From Chthoniobacteraceae bacterium (lineage in GTDB: Bacteria > Verrucomicrobiota > Verrucomicrobiia > Chthoniobacterales > Chthoniobacteraceae), in NCBI GenBank assembly GCA_031409335.1, contig JANNWY010000304.1, positions 38,056 to 102,055 on the forward strand: a DNA stretch of 64,000 nucleotides, given 5' to 3'. Both the position numbers and the translations under genes were made by a program. A model generated the notes under the pieces. It saw only the letters and a list, made by a program, of their open reading frames with translations. It was not told where the DNA came from and did not search any database. The number at the start of each line of letters is the position of its first letter. Position 1 is the stretch's first letter. Below are positions 1-10,020 of the stretch, one piece after another.

Positions 1-280
1 TCGAGGCGAAGAGCGGTTCGCCGCTGATGACATCGACGTAGATGCCGGCGGCTTGGTTGTTCCAATACTCGTTTCGGAACGGGGGCTCGGTGCCGGATTC
101 GCAGGCGACGTGGTATTGCAGTGGCGTGAGTTGTTTGCGGAGGTCTTCCTTGGACATTTTAGAGAGGTCTTGAGGTTTGGCGGTGATGGACGGGGCGATT
201 TTCTTTTCGTCGGCGAGCGCGAGGTAGGCGACGGCGGCGAAGGCGAAGCTCGCGAGGAGAAGGGCGGGACGGAATTTCAT
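1..280 (-). CDS. msrB: Peptide-methionine (R)-S-oxide reductase MsrB with N-terminal signal peptide (runs off the left window edge)
   Basis: Manual minus-strand translation: [27 protein letters not shown]...[43 protein letters not shown], the typical MsrB N-terminus; not in the ORF track because it is incomplete. Confidence 0.9.
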   Translation of the reverse strand, partial: MKFRPALLLASFAFAAVAYLALADEKKIAPSITAKPQDLSKMSKEDLRKQLTPLQYHVACESGTEPPFRNEYWNNQAAGIYVDVISGEPLFAS

Positions 281-328
281 GAGTATCATGTATGAACGAG
301 ATGCGCGGATTTTGCAAAAATTCCCGCT

Positions 329-640
329 TCAATTCACGCGCTTCATGCGATCGAGGCTGCCGCGTTCCTCCTCCTCGCGCCGGAGTCGCGCGCGTCCGGT
401 GCGCCATAGCCGGGTGACCGACATCGCGAAGACGAAAATCGGGAGCATCAGCAGGATGCGCTGTTTGTTCGGGAGAAAAATCAGCGCGATGAGAAAGGCG
501 AATCCCGCGATCCAGGCAAAGATCGCTACGCGCATGGAGAAAAACCGCTCTGCTTCGCTCTTGCTCCGGCGCACGCCGCGATGGGTGGAGAAGACGCAGA
601 CGATGAGGACGAGGGCAATGAGCCAGGTGGCAAATTTCAT
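329..640 (-). CDS. Small membrane protein, hypothetical
   Basis: 103 aa, about three hydrophobic segments; start overlaps the stop of the upstream gene. Confidence 0.65.
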   Translation of the reverse strand: MKFATWLIALVLIVCVFSTHRGVRRSKSEAERFFSMRVAIFAWIAGFAFLIALIFLPNKQRILLMLPIFVFAMSVTRLWRTGRARLRREEEERGSLDRMKRVN

Positions 641-1152
641 TCGATGGGTTCGCGCTGCCGCGCGAACCAGACGAGCGCGGCGATGACGGCGATCTCATAA
701 GTGCCAATGAAGACACCGCTGGCTGCGAAGGCTCCGCGGCTCATGCCGTTGTCCAGCACGCACGATAGGTACCAGCTATCCAAAGGTTGGGCGACGAGGA
801 TGATCGAAAATCCCCGCCACCAATCCTCGGCAACCCAGATTTTTAACCACGCGTAGAGCAGGACCAACGGATAAAGAAAAGTTTCGATGTGGGTGAGGCT
901 AAGCATGACCGTGCCGACCCACGTAAAAGGCACCATGGCGAGATCCACGCCGGAACTCCAAAAGCTGAAACTCGAAAGGCCGGCAATCCCGCCAGCCCAC
1001 AGGTTTGTCAGGAGACCAGGTGCCTCGTAACAATTGACGCCGACGAAATGTCCAAAAATGGGGACCGAAAAGAGCAGCACCGTCTTTTTGAACGTGTCGG
1101 CGATCCCGCCGAAAATCGCGCCCGTGTAGTCGTTGTAAAATCCATCGCTCAT
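637..1152 (-). CDS. Membrane protein, hypothetical
   Basis: 171 aa hydrophobic ORF with 4-bp overlaps on both neighbours. Confidence 0.6.
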   Translation of the reverse strand: MSDGFYNDYTGAIFGGIADTFKKTVLLFSVPIFGHFVGVNCYEAPGLLTNLWAGGIAGLSSFSFWSSGVDLAMVPFTWVGTVMLSLTHIETFLYPLVLLYAWLKIWVAEDWWRGFSIILVAQPLDSWYLSCVLDNGMSRGAFAASGVFIGTYEIAVIAALVWFARQREPIE

Positions 1153-1373
1153 CGTGCCTCGCTTTCCGCATCCTGCTCCGCGAGCAAGGCGCGCGTGGCG
1201 GCCACGTCTTCATCGGCGACTTGCACGCGCACTCCGCCGATTGCGTTGGCGAGCAGCCAGTCGATTTGCACCAAATTTTCATCCTGGATAAATGCCGGGA
1301 TGCCACCCGCTTCGATGCGCATCCGCAGCAGGTGGGCGTCTTCGGGTTTGTTGAAAGTGGCGATGGTGGTCAT
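1149..1373 (-). CDS. DUF2007-family (putative signal-transducing) small protein
   Basis: MTTIATFNKPEDAHLLRMRIEAGGIPAFIQDE...GGVRVQVADED pattern; start taken at ATG 1373. Confidence 0.8.
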   Translation of the reverse strand: MTTIATFNKPEDAHLLRMRIEAGGIPAFIQDENLVQIDWLLANAIGGVRVQVADEDVAATRALLAEQDAESEAR

Positions 1374-1541
1374 CGGACGGAACTGCCACACCAGAACAGT
1401 CTCCGGGCGCGGGCGCAAGTTTCCCGATGTGCGCGATCAAAAAGCTCGTCAGCAAGCCGGGAAAAGCGCAGTAAAGAACGAGGCAAGAACCAGCGGTCGC
1501 CCCCAAAATACAACCGGCAAAACTTTACCCGCCAAATTCCC

Positions 1542-4500
1542 ATGAAAACATTCCTCCGCCTTTTCATCGCGTTCGCACTTTTCACGCCGGGCGCATTCGC
1601 GCAGGACGCGCCCCGGCTTTCCCTCGAAATGAAACCGGGCCGCAGGCTGCTCATCCAGTGGCAGGCGGCGGCGGGGACGACGCGGCTGGTGTGGACGGAT
1701 GCGCTGGGAAATCCCACGGTGTGGATGCCGCTCGCGGGCGTGCAGCCGATGGGCTCCGATGTGTGGCAGGCTGAGTTTCAGGCGGTCATCCCGAAGGCGT
1801 TTTTCACGCTGCATCCGCCGAGCCTTCCCGTGGCTCCGCCGAATGTGCGGCTGGTGCCGGTGGGCGATCATTTTCAACTCGAATGGGACTCGACGAGCGA
1901 TGCGGCGGGCTACGTGGTGTATGTCGGCACGGATGCGACGGTGGGGCCTGGCAATAGCATTCTCCAACTCACGGTGCCCGCGGCGAACGCGCTCGAAATC
2001 ACCGGGCTGACGCCGGGACAGACTTATTACATTACCATCGCAGCGGTGAATGCGGCGGGGCAGGGCGCGCTGGCTCCGGCGGTGAGCGGCAGCTTCGGGC
2101 CAAAGGGCGTGCTGGCGGGGACGGCGGTGCAGTCGTTCGCGCTCGCGACCGGCGGGACTTTCGACGTGCTGGCGGAAGGCGCGACGATCAATGCCGTGGC
2201 TCTCGGCAACCCCGGCGCGCAGCCAGTGAGCGCGACGGCGGACAAGGACGGGCATTTCCGGTTCTCGAATCTTCCCATCGGCGACTACCTGCTCGGTTAC
2301 GTGTTTCAGGGGCAGGCGGGTTTTCTCTCGACGCCTGTCGTGGTCGGGGAAAGTGGCGCGGCGGTGATGCCGCTCATCATCCCAAGCGGGCCGCAACCGC
2401 CTCCGCCGGGCTCGACGCTGGTCGGCATGCTGGCGCTTTCCGATGGCAATCCGGCGCGGAATGACATTGAGGAATTCGGCATTCACATCGAAGCGCAAAT
2501 GCGCGCGGTGCTCGCGTCGGGCGGGGAACGCGTGGTGCGTCCCGACCGCACAGGCGCGTGGGCGATCACGGACCTGACTTCCGCGGATTATCCGATCACG
2601 CTCGCGGCGGACTATCCCGGTTTGCAGCCGCTCGTCGTCCCGATCGCGGCACCGCCGCTGGAGCAGGCGGCGATCGCGCTCCTGTTTCCCGAGATTCTTC
2701 CCTCGTTGAAAAGGATGAGCATTTTCCAAAATGGCGTCGAAGTGCAGACGATCGCGCGCGGCGTGCCGGTGACGGTGGTGGGTGAGTTTGAGAATCCTGG
2801 CGGGCTGCTGCTGGAGCCGCGCTGGGTCGCGGAATTTAACGGGCAGAAACAGCTCGCGACGGGTAGTTCGGCGACGTTCATTTTCCACCAACCGCCTGGC
2901 CCAACCGGACTCGGCCTCGCCGATCCGCAGGATGGCGGGCTGGTGCTCATCCGGGTCGTTGCGTCCGGCTTTGCGCACGTCGGCCCGCCGAAAGGCTGGC
3001 AGATCGATGTCGAAGGCATGGGCTGCTGGTCTGGACTCGCGGCGGAGTGGAGCCCGTACGGGCCGGATATCGTGGTCGGCACGCATCCCGCGACCATCAC
3101 TGTGAAGCACGCTGGCCCGCTCTCGCCGGGCGTCACGACGACGATCAATAACACCTCCGGCGGTTACTTTGAACTACCCATCGATCCGACCAGCGTGCCG
3201 CCCTATCTCGTCCGCGTGGACAAGCCGGGTTACATGCGTTTCCTGTGGCCCTTCGAGCAGCGCCTGCCGAATGAAGGCACCTACTCCGTCACCGCTGCGA
3301 TCAGCGACTACCAATCGCAGCATCCCAGCGGCCCGCGAGTCTTCTCGCACCCATTCGGTGGTATCGTCACCATTCCGTGGGGCGAAGTGATCGATCCGCT
3401 GAATCAGAACTGGTATGGCGACATTATTGTTACGATGGCTACCTTCGATCCCACGGTGCGGCATCCGCTGCCGCCGGGGGCGGAAGTGCGCGGGCCGGGA
3501 CTGCGCAATGGCATCCAAGCCCTCGGCGGCTTCTGGTTCGAAATCACGGATCACCTCGGAGTCCCGCTGAAGCCCACCGCGGCCTGCACGCTCACGATGA
3601 AAGCCCCGCTTTCTTTCCCCAATCTCACGGTGCCTGGCTACCATCAGGTCGAGTCCACTGGTTACTTTGAACGCTGGGGCTATGCTCCCGGCACCGATGC
3701 CATCAAGACCGGCGGCGGAGCCTACACCGTCACGCTGGGCACCAAGGGCCTTTTCCTCATCGGCCTCGACTGGCCGCTCGTCGAGATGTTCATCGAGCCC
3801 GATCGCACGCTGGGCTACCCGTTCGAAGTGCGGGTCGGCAAGTCGATCTTTGGCGTCACGGCGCAGAGCTTTCATCAGGTGAATATCGGGCGTTTGTTCG
3901 TCCCGTCGCAAACGGTCACGGAAATAAAAGTGCTCGATCTCCGACAGGCACCCGGCCTGCGCTACCCAAACCTAGCGTCGCCCGGCTACTTCCTTTCCCC
4001 CATGCTAAAGACGACGGTGGTCTCGAAGAACTTCCAGCCAAACCCGCCGATCCCCGCGCTGCCAGCCATCGCCACCTATGCGGCGGCGGTTTCGCTCAAT
4101 GACTCGGTGCCGCAGCTCACCAGCGTCACGCCGACCAGCACCAGCGCGTTAAGCAGTGCGACTCACTTCTTCAGCCGCGGCGGCGTCAATTCCGCAGCCG
4201 ATGCCAATGATTACTACACGCGCATCAATGCTCCGGCCACGCTTGCGCAATGGCGTGCGCTCAATGGCTTTCCCGTGCGCTTCGGCGGGCCGCTGACTGG
4301 TGTGAGTGTGGATGACTACGCCACGGCATATTACTATAACCTTGGCGACCTCGGCTTTGCCCGTGCGCAGAGTATGCGCATCAAGCTATCGTCGATCGAC
4401 GGAGGCTTTGACACCGCCTATCAAGTCACTAACTACCCAACCATCGAGGATGCCATCTGCGGGCGGGGAGCCATCGCCACGGTCTGCATGGACTTTACAA

Positions 4501-5186
4501 AACGCACCGACACTGGCGCGCAGACCGCCACGAGATACACGCGCTTTTATGTCTATGGCAGCAATGGCCTGCTGCTCAAGGAAGCCGACCTCGACGGCGC
4601 GGGCCTCAAAGGTGTGCCGAACCTATGCGTGACCTGCCACGGCGGAAATTTTTACAACGGGAGCGACCCAAACCGCACTCCAAACATCGGCGCGCGCTTC
4701 CTGCCCTTCGATTTGGAATCCTTTACCTACCATCCCAAGTTTGGCCTTCAGAAACCCGAACTCGGTCGCATGAACAAAGGCGTCCTGCTGACCGCCCCGA
4801 CCGCTGCCACGGCTGATCTCATCGCCGGCTGGTATGGCAACCCCAACCCGCTCGCGAATCTGACCGCCTTCAACCCGAACTACGTCCCCACCGCGCCCGG
4901 CCTTTCTTGGGCGGGCAACGCGAGCGTTTATACCGATGTTTTCAAGCCAGGCTGCCGCGTCTGCCACAATTCCCGCGAGACCACTGGCTACGTGCAGTTC
5001 GCCTCTTTTGCGAATTTTCAGGCCTCCAACTTCGGCGCTTTCCCCGTCGGCAACTCCATGCAAATGCCGCATGGTCGCAGACCCTATGGCATTGTTTGGG
5101 GCAGTCGCGGCGCGGTGAATCTCGGCCAGCCTGTGCCCAACATTCCCAGCATCATCCAGACGCTCGGCGGCTCGGTTTACAGGTAG
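1542..5186 (+). CDS. Large secreted protein: signal peptide, FN3, carboxypeptidase-regulatory/Ig-like domains, C-terminal c-type cytochrome region (2x CxxCH)
   Basis: MKTFLRLFIAFALFTPGAFAQ signal; FN3 signature LEW...GYVVY...ITGLTPGQTYYITIAAVN; CVTCH at 4626-4640 and CRVCH at 4953-4967. Confidence 0.8.
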   Translation: MKTFLRLFIAFALFTPGAFAQDAPRLSLEMKPGRRLLIQWQAAAGTTRLVWTDALGNPTVWMPLAGVQPMGSDVWQAEFQAVIPKAFFTLHPPSLPVAPPNVRLVPVGDHFQLEWDSTSDAAGYVVYVGTDATVGPGNSILQLTVPAANALEITGLTPGQTYYITIAAVNAAGQGALAPAVSGSFGPKGVLAGTAVQSFALATGGTFDVLAEGATINAVALGNPGAQPVSATADKDGHFRFSNLPIGDYLLGYVFQGQAGFLSTPVVVGESGAAVMPLIIPSGPQPPPPGSTLVGMLALSDGNPARNDIEEFGIHIEAQMRAVLASGGERVVRPDRTGAWAITDLTSADYPITLAADYPGLQPLVVPIAAPPLEQAAIALLFPEILPSLKRMSIFQNGVEVQTIARGVPVTVVGEFENPGGLLLEPRWVAEFNGQKQLATGSSATFIFHQPPGPTGLGLADPQDGGLVLIRVVASGFAHVGPPKGWQIDVEGMGCWSGLAAEWSPYGPDIVVGTHPATITVKHAGPLSPGVTTTINNTSGGYFELPIDPTSVPPYLVRVDKPGYMRFLWPFEQRLPNEGTYSVTAAISDYQSQHPSGPRVFSHPFGGIVTIPWGEVIDPLNQNWYGDIIVTMATFDPTVRHPLPPGAEVRGPGLRNGIQALGGFWFEITDHLGVPLKPTAACTLTMKAPLSFPNLTVPGYHQVESTGYFERWGYAPGTDAIKTGGGAYTVTLGTKGLFLIGLDWPLVEMFIEPDRTLGYPFEVRVGKSIFGVTAQSFHQVNIGRLFVPSQTVTEIKVLDLRQAPGLRYPNLASPGYFLSPMLKTTVVSKNFQPNPPIPALPAIATYAAAVSLNDSVPQLTSVTPTSTSALSSATHFFSRGGVNSAADANDYYTRINAPATLAQWRALNGFPVRFGGPLTGVSVDDYATAYYYNLGDLGFARAQSMRIKLSSIDGGFDTAYQVTNYPTIEDAICGRGAIATVCMDFTKRTDTGAQTATRYTRFYVYGSNGLLLKEADLDGAGLKGVPNLCVTCHGGNFYNGSDPNRTPNIGARFLPFDLESFTYHPKFGLQKPELGRMNKGVLLTAPTAATADLIAGWYGNPNPLANLTAFNPNYVPTAPGLSWAGNASVYTDVFKPGCRVCHNSRETTGYVQFASFANFQASNFGAFPVGNSMQMPHGRRPYGIVWGSRGAVNLGQPVPNIPSIIQTLGGSVYR

Positions 5187-5261
5187 CGTTCGCCGACGTT
5201 TTTTGTTCCGGAAAAAAGGAAAGCTGGAATGCCAGCCGAGGCTGGTGCTTGATGCGCGGCC

Positions 5262-6803
5262 ATGCTGAAAAAACCGGTAGTTTTAATCATCCGAGACGGC
5301 TGGGGAATCAATCCCGGCGGGCGCGCGCAGGCGGTCGAAAATGGCGACGCAACGCAGCTCGCGAAGACGCCGTTTCACGATCATCTTTACGCGGCGTATC
5401 CGCACGCGACGCTGAGTGCGAGCGGGATGGATGTCGGGCTGCCGGATGGGCAAATGGGGAATAGCGAGGTGGGCCACCTGAATCTGGGCGCGGGACGGAT
5501 TGTTTATCAGGATTTGACGCGGATTAACAAAGCGATCCGCGACGGTGAACTGGCGACGAACCCGGTGCTGGTGGAGGCATTCGCAAAAGCGAAAGGGCGG
5601 CGGCTGCATTTGATCGGGCTGGTTTCGGATGGCGGTGTGCATTCATATCAGGATCATCTGGTGGCGCTGGCGACGGCGGCGAGCGACGCCGGGGTGGGGG
5701 ATATTCTCGTTCATGCGATCACGGACGGGCGCGATACTTCGCCAACGGGCGGGGCGGATTTTCTGGCGACGGTGCAGGCCGGGCTCGCGCCGAGCGGGGC
5801 GAAGATTGCGACGGTGATCGGGCGGTATTTCGCGATGGATCGCGACCGGCGCTGGGAGAGAAACAAGCTGGCGTGGGATGCGATCGTGCTGGGGCGCGGA
5901 CCGTTTTCCGCGGACTGCCCGAGCGCGGCAGTGCGCACGGCGTATGGGAAGGAACCGCGGGGCGATGAGTTTCTCCAGCCGCTGATTTTTTCGCACGCAA
6001 ATGAGCAGCGCATCCGCGATGGCGATGTGGTGTTGTGGTTTAACTTCCGCGCGGATCGCGCGCGGCAGATTTCGCAGGCGTTTTTGGAAAAGGATTTCGA
6101 TGGCTTCGAGCGCGAGGTGCGTCCGCAGGTCCACTACGTGACTTTGACGGAATACGACGCGACGTACGGCGTGCCGGTGGTGTTCGGTCCGCAGTCGCTG
6201 AAGAACATTCTCGGCGAAGTGGTGAGCGCGGCGGGGCTGAAACAATTGCGGATCGCGGAGACGGAGAAGTATCCGCACGTGACGTTCTTCTTCAACGGCG
6301 GCGTCGAGGAGCCGTTTGCGGGGGAGGATCGCATCATCGTGCCGTCGCCGAAGGACGTGCCGACGTATGATTTCAAGCCCGAGATGAGTGCGCCGGAAGT
6401 GACGGCGCGCGTGGTGGCGGCGCTGCCGGATTACGATTTGGTGATCTTGAATTTCGCGAATCCCGACATGGTCGGGCACACGGGCGTGGTCGCGGCGGGG
6501 ATCAAGGCCGTGGAGACGATCGACGGGTGTGTGAAGGCAGTGGTGGAGAAGGCGCTTTCGCTGGGCGGGAGCCTGCTGATCACGGCGGATCACGGAAATT
6601 GCGAACAGATGCGCAACGCGGACGGTTCGCCGAATACCGCGCACACCACGAATCTCGTCCGCTTTCTTTACGCTGGCGCGGACGCGGAGGCGCGGAGCAT
6701 TTCGGCGGGGATTCTCGCGGATGTCGCGCCGACACTTTTGCATTTGCTCGGCGTGCCGCAGCCCGCGGAGATGACGGGGATGAACCGGCTCGCGATGCGC
6801 TGA
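5262..6803 (+). CDS. gpmI: 2,3-bisphosphoglycerate-independent phosphoglycerate mutase
   Basis: DGWG, GQMGNSEVGH, SDGGVHS, AETEKYPHVTFFFNGG, NPDMVGHTG, TADHGN motifs. Confidence 0.97.
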   Translation: MLKKPVVLIIRDGWGINPGGRAQAVENGDATQLAKTPFHDHLYAAYPHATLSASGMDVGLPDGQMGNSEVGHLNLGAGRIVYQDLTRINKAIRDGELATNPVLVEAFAKAKGRRLHLIGLVSDGGVHSYQDHLVALATAASDAGVGDILVHAITDGRDTSPTGGADFLATVQAGLAPSGAKIATVIGRYFAMDRDRRWERNKLAWDAIVLGRGPFSADCPSAAVRTAYGKEPRGDEFLQPLIFSHANEQRIRDGDVVLWFNFRADRARQISQAFLEKDFDGFEREVRPQVHYVTLTEYDATYGVPVVFGPQSLKNILGEVVSAAGLKQLRIAETEKYPHVTFFFNGGVEEPFAGEDRIIVPSPKDVPTYDFKPEMSAPEVTARVVAALPDYDLVILNFANPDMVGHTGVVAAGIKAVETIDGCVKAVVEKALSLGGSLLITADHGNCEQMRNADGSPNTAHTTNLVRFLYAGADAEARSISAGILADVAPTLLHLLGVPQPAEMTGMNRLAMR

Positions 6804-6865
6804 GTTTTCGCCGCAGGGGACGCTTGCATTCGGTCCGACCGGCGCTTATTTCTGCGCTCCTTTCT

Positions 6866-6939
6866 TGCCCGATGGTGTAACGGTAGCACAGGCGACTTTG
6901 ACTCGCCTAGTCAAGGTTCAAATCCTTGTCGGGCAGCCA
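6866..6939 (+). tRNA. tRNA-Gln (TTG)
   Basis: Cloverleaf TGCCCGA...GGCGA CTTTGAC TCGCC...CAAGG TTCAAAT CCTTG TCGGGCA G CCA. Confidence 0.95.
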
Positions 6940-6994
6940 ATCGCGCGACGTGACGGTCCTTGTCGGCCAGGAATAATTCTGTTAGCGGATCTCC

Positions 6995-7990
6995 ATGAAA
7001 ACGACTCAGTTCATCGCGTGTTCGATCATCATTCTGATTCTCGGAGCGATCAGTTTTTCCCAATGGCAGAAAAACGATGAGCTGAATCGGCAGATCGCCC
7101 GGATGCAGACGGAGGCGGCTGCTCTGGCCGCGAGCGCGAAAGAGGATATGGCGAATCTTCAGAAAAAAGTCGAAGACCGAACGCAAGTGATCGCCGAGAT
7201 GGAGGCGGCCCGGAAGGACATCGCGCGCGGCGAGCCAGTCGTGAAAGATGAAGCTTCCGCAGAGGCGCCGACTGGGAAATCCGCAAAGCTCGATCTCGGT
7301 GGAATGATGAAGAAAATGTTCACCGACCCGAACATGAAAAAGATGATGAAAGGGATGCAGTCGATGGGCGTGAAGATGATGTATGCGGATCTCGCCAAGG
7401 AACTCGGACTCACTCCGGATCAGGCGAATCAAGTGATGGAACTGCTCGGCGACCGGCAGATGGCCCTCACGACGAAAGGGATGAAAATGTTTGGGGGTGA
7501 TTCGGAAAATGGTGCTGCCAAGGATGACGGCAGGGAAGTCGCGGCAGCGGATGAAGATTACGACGCTCACCTCGAAAGTATTTTGGGGAAGGACGGGATG
7601 GCGAAATTGAAGGACTACGAAAGGACGGCGGGAGACCGGATGATGATTCAGCAGTACCAGCAGGCATTCACTGCGAACGGTATGCCGCTGGATGAAAATG
7701 AATCGCAGGGCCTTCTCAATATCATGAAGGAAGAGCGAATGAAGCAACCGCCTTCACCGCTCGATCCTGGGACGAAGGATTTCGGTGCGGCAATCGAGGC
7801 GATGCAATCGGAGGAAAAAGTCAGCAAGCTGCTTGCCGCGCAGGAGGACGCGAACCGCCGGGTGAACATCCGTGCGCGCAATGTGCTCGCGCCTGACAAG
7901 ATGGTGCAGTTTGAGAAGATTCAACAACAGCAACTCGATATGCAGAAAATGGGGATCGAGATGGGTGCGAAAATGTTCAATCAGAAATAG
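6995..7990 (+). CDS. Membrane-anchored coiled-coil, Met/Lys-rich hypothetical protein
   Basis: N-terminal TM helix, coiled coil, LGLTPDQ (Spy/CpxP-like LTxxQ) motif. Confidence 0.8.
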   Translation: MKTTQFIACSIIILILGAISFSQWQKNDELNRQIARMQTEAAALAASAKEDMANLQKKVEDRTQVIAEMEAARKDIARGEPVVKDEASAEAPTGKSAKLDLGGMMKKMFTDPNMKKMMKGMQSMGVKMMYADLAKELGLTPDQANQVMELLGDRQMALTTKGMKMFGGDSENGAAKDDGREVAAADEDYDAHLESILGKDGMAKLKDYERTAGDRMMIQQYQQAFTANGMPLDENESQGLLNIMKEERMKQPPSPLDPGTKDFGAAIEAMQSEEKVSKLLAAQEDANRRVNIRARNVLAPDKMVQFEKIQQQQLDMQKMGIEMGAKMFNQK

Positions 7991-8008
7991 CCTGTCGGAT
8001 CGCACGAG

Positions 8009-8677
8009 ATGATCATTTCCAACATCACAGAACGGCTGCTCGAACCCGGGATCATCGCGATCATTCGTGCGGATTCAGCCGACCAGTTGCTCGACGCGGC
8101 TCAAGCACTGCTCGATGGCGGCGTCACGGCGATGGAGGTGACGATGACGACGCCCGGTGCGCTCGAAGTCGTCCGCGATGCGCGCGCGAGGTTTGGCGAC
8201 AGTATGCTCATCGGGGTTGGCACGGTGCTCAGTGAGGACACGTGCGTTTCCGCAATTCTCGCCGGCGCGCAATTTATCGTCACTCCCGTGACGAAGCCCG
8301 AAATCATTCGAGCGAGTCATCGCTACGGAAAACCCGTCCTGAGCGGCGCATTCACCCCGACCGAGTGTCTAGTGGCGCATGATGCGGGAGCGGACTTCGT
8401 GAAGCTGTTTCCCGCCGAGCAGCTTGGCCCTGACTATATTATGGGCATCCGCGCACCGCTGCCGATGCTGCGGATCATTCCGACTGGCGGCGTGACCCCT
8501 GAAAATGCTGCCGCATTTATCGAGGCGGGATGTGTCGCGCTGGGAGCGGGCACCAGTCTCGTATCGAGGGAAATCCTGCAAAATCGGGACTGGCCCGCCC
8601 TGAGCGAGCGGGCGGCAAAATTTGTCCGAGCCATAAAAGCGGCGCGAAGCGTGAGGGATGCGCGATTGATTTCGTGA
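8009..8677 (+). CDS. eda: KDPG/KHG aldolase
   Basis: IIAIIRA, EVTMTTP, GAQFIVTP, VKLFPA, PTGGV motifs. Confidence 0.93.
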   Translation: MIISNITERLLEPGIIAIIRADSADQLLDAAQALLDGGVTAMEVTMTTPGALEVVRDARARFGDSMLIGVGTVLSEDTCVSAILAGAQFIVTPVTKPEIIRASHRYGKPVLSGAFTPTECLVAHDAGADFVKLFPAEQLGPDYIMGIRAPLPMLRIIPTGGVTPENAAAFIEAGCVALGAGTSLVSREILQNRDWPALSERAAKFVRAIKAARSVRDARLIS

Positions 8678-8843
8678 ATTCTTTCTCACACGGGCTCCCC
8701 CACTCTGAAGTCTCGAACGATCGCGGGCAACATTGCCGTCCGCGTTGCCCGCTTCGCCCGGACGCTTGTTTGGGCGATAAGCGGTTGACCAACAAGAATT
8801 AACACCGATGGATGCTTTCTATCGCGATACAATCTGGAAATCG

Positions 8844-8862
8844 TGTAGGACATAGGCCGACA
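8844..8862. promoter_or_regulatory. Candidate regulator-binding near-palindrome, copy 1
   Basis: TGTAGG-ACATAGG-CCGACA; same pattern at 28234, 48069 and 55869. Confidence 0.55.
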
Positions 8863-8893
8863 AAAAAAATGGCTCATTCTCTCTTCTTATCCG

Positions 8894-8922
8894 TTGCCAA
8901 GATTCACTCCGAACCCTACTCT
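8894..8922 (+). promoter_or_regulatory. Sigma70-like promoter of the PEP-CTERM gene
   Basis: TTGCCA-17bp-TACTCT in an AT-rich intergenic region. Confidence 0.5.
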
Positions 8923-9050
8923 CAGCCACAAATCACAAAGGAAAAATCCATCTGCTGCTTAACTGAAAAACTCTACAGCCGGATCAACTCCCTAGTAATC
9001 AACTCTTTAAGACATCGGGCAATCCAAAGCATCAAACTGAATCCAAACGC

Positions 9051-9857
9051 GTGACTAATCAAAATCCCATCGCAGCAACAGCAAGGATCGGCGCTCTCTT
9101 GGGCGCACTCTCTTTTGCGTCTCTTTCAACGACTCAGGCGGCGTTCACTGCTCTTCCGATTCCAACGCCCGAAACGCCCGGTGTGGCGCTTGGCGCGCCG
9201 ATGCTGGGTGCGGCCGGGAAGGTCGTTGCTTTTAAGACCGTCTCCTTCGTTGACAACGCGCTGCCCACTCCGTTTGCGTCGGGCATCTTGAACTCGTTCG
9301 TCGTTGATCGCGGCAGCGGTTTGCTGGACTTCTATTATCAACTCGTGAACACGTCGGTCGGACCTGATCCATTTGGCGATTCGGATATGTTTCGCTTCAA
9401 GACCTTGGCTGGATTTGATCCGGCACAGAATCCGCAACTAGCTAGCGGACTGATGATCGGTCAAACCAATACGCTCACGGGCCTTAATACCAGTATGTTC
9501 CCGGCGGTTGCAGGATTGACTCAGGGTGCCGGTCTGCAGGCTGCTGCAACGGGCGATCACAGCGTCGGCACGATCGGGAGTGTCGGGTTCGACTTCCCGA
9601 TCCAACCACCCCTCCCGTTCACCGGGGATGTAAATAATGTCAATTTTGGCGAATCGAGTTCGTTCATAATCGTCAGAACCAATTCAACCGTTTTTGGCAT
9701 GGTGCCGTCCGCAATCAGCGGCTCTGCGACGGCGTTTCCAGTCGGAACCTTCGCGGCAATACCCGAGCCCGGCTCGATCTTGTTCGGCATCGCTGTTTTG
9801 GGCACCTGTCTCGGTCGTCGCGCCACAGGAGTGCGACGCTTGAAGTCTGATTGCTAA
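9051..9857 (+). CDS. PEP-CTERM sorting-domain protein
   Basis: Signal peptide; C-terminal IPEPGSILFGIAVLGTCLGRR. Confidence 0.85.
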   Translation: MTNQNPIAATARIGALLGALSFASLSTTQAAFTALPIPTPETPGVALGAPMLGAAGKVVAFKTVSFVDNALPTPFASGILNSFVVDRGSGLLDFYYQLVNTSVGPDPFGDSDMFRFKTLAGFDPAQNPQLASGLMIGQTNTLTGLNTSMFPAVAGLTQGAGLQAAATGDHSVGTIGSVGFDFPIQPPLPFTGDVNNVNFGESSSFIIVRTNSTVFGMVPSAISGSATAFPVGTFAAIPEPGSILFGIAVLGTCLGRRATGVRRLKSDC

Positions 9858-9895
9858 GTCCCCCCCAGTTAGTCCTCCCAGTTCATCCCCCCGCG

Positions 9896-9935
9896 AGAGC
9901 CCGCTTCGATCTTGGTCGAAGCGGGCTTTTCTTTT
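9896..9935 (+). terminator. Rho-independent terminator
   Basis: AGCCCGCTTCGA-loop-TCGAAGCGGGCT followed by TTTCTTTT. Confidence 0.8.
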
Positions 9936-10020
9936 GTAGATTCATCATTGGCGGGGTCTGGCGGTCAACTCTCCGTTCCTCAGTTGCAAACACCGAAAAT
10001 TGTGAAAAACAGCACGCCTC

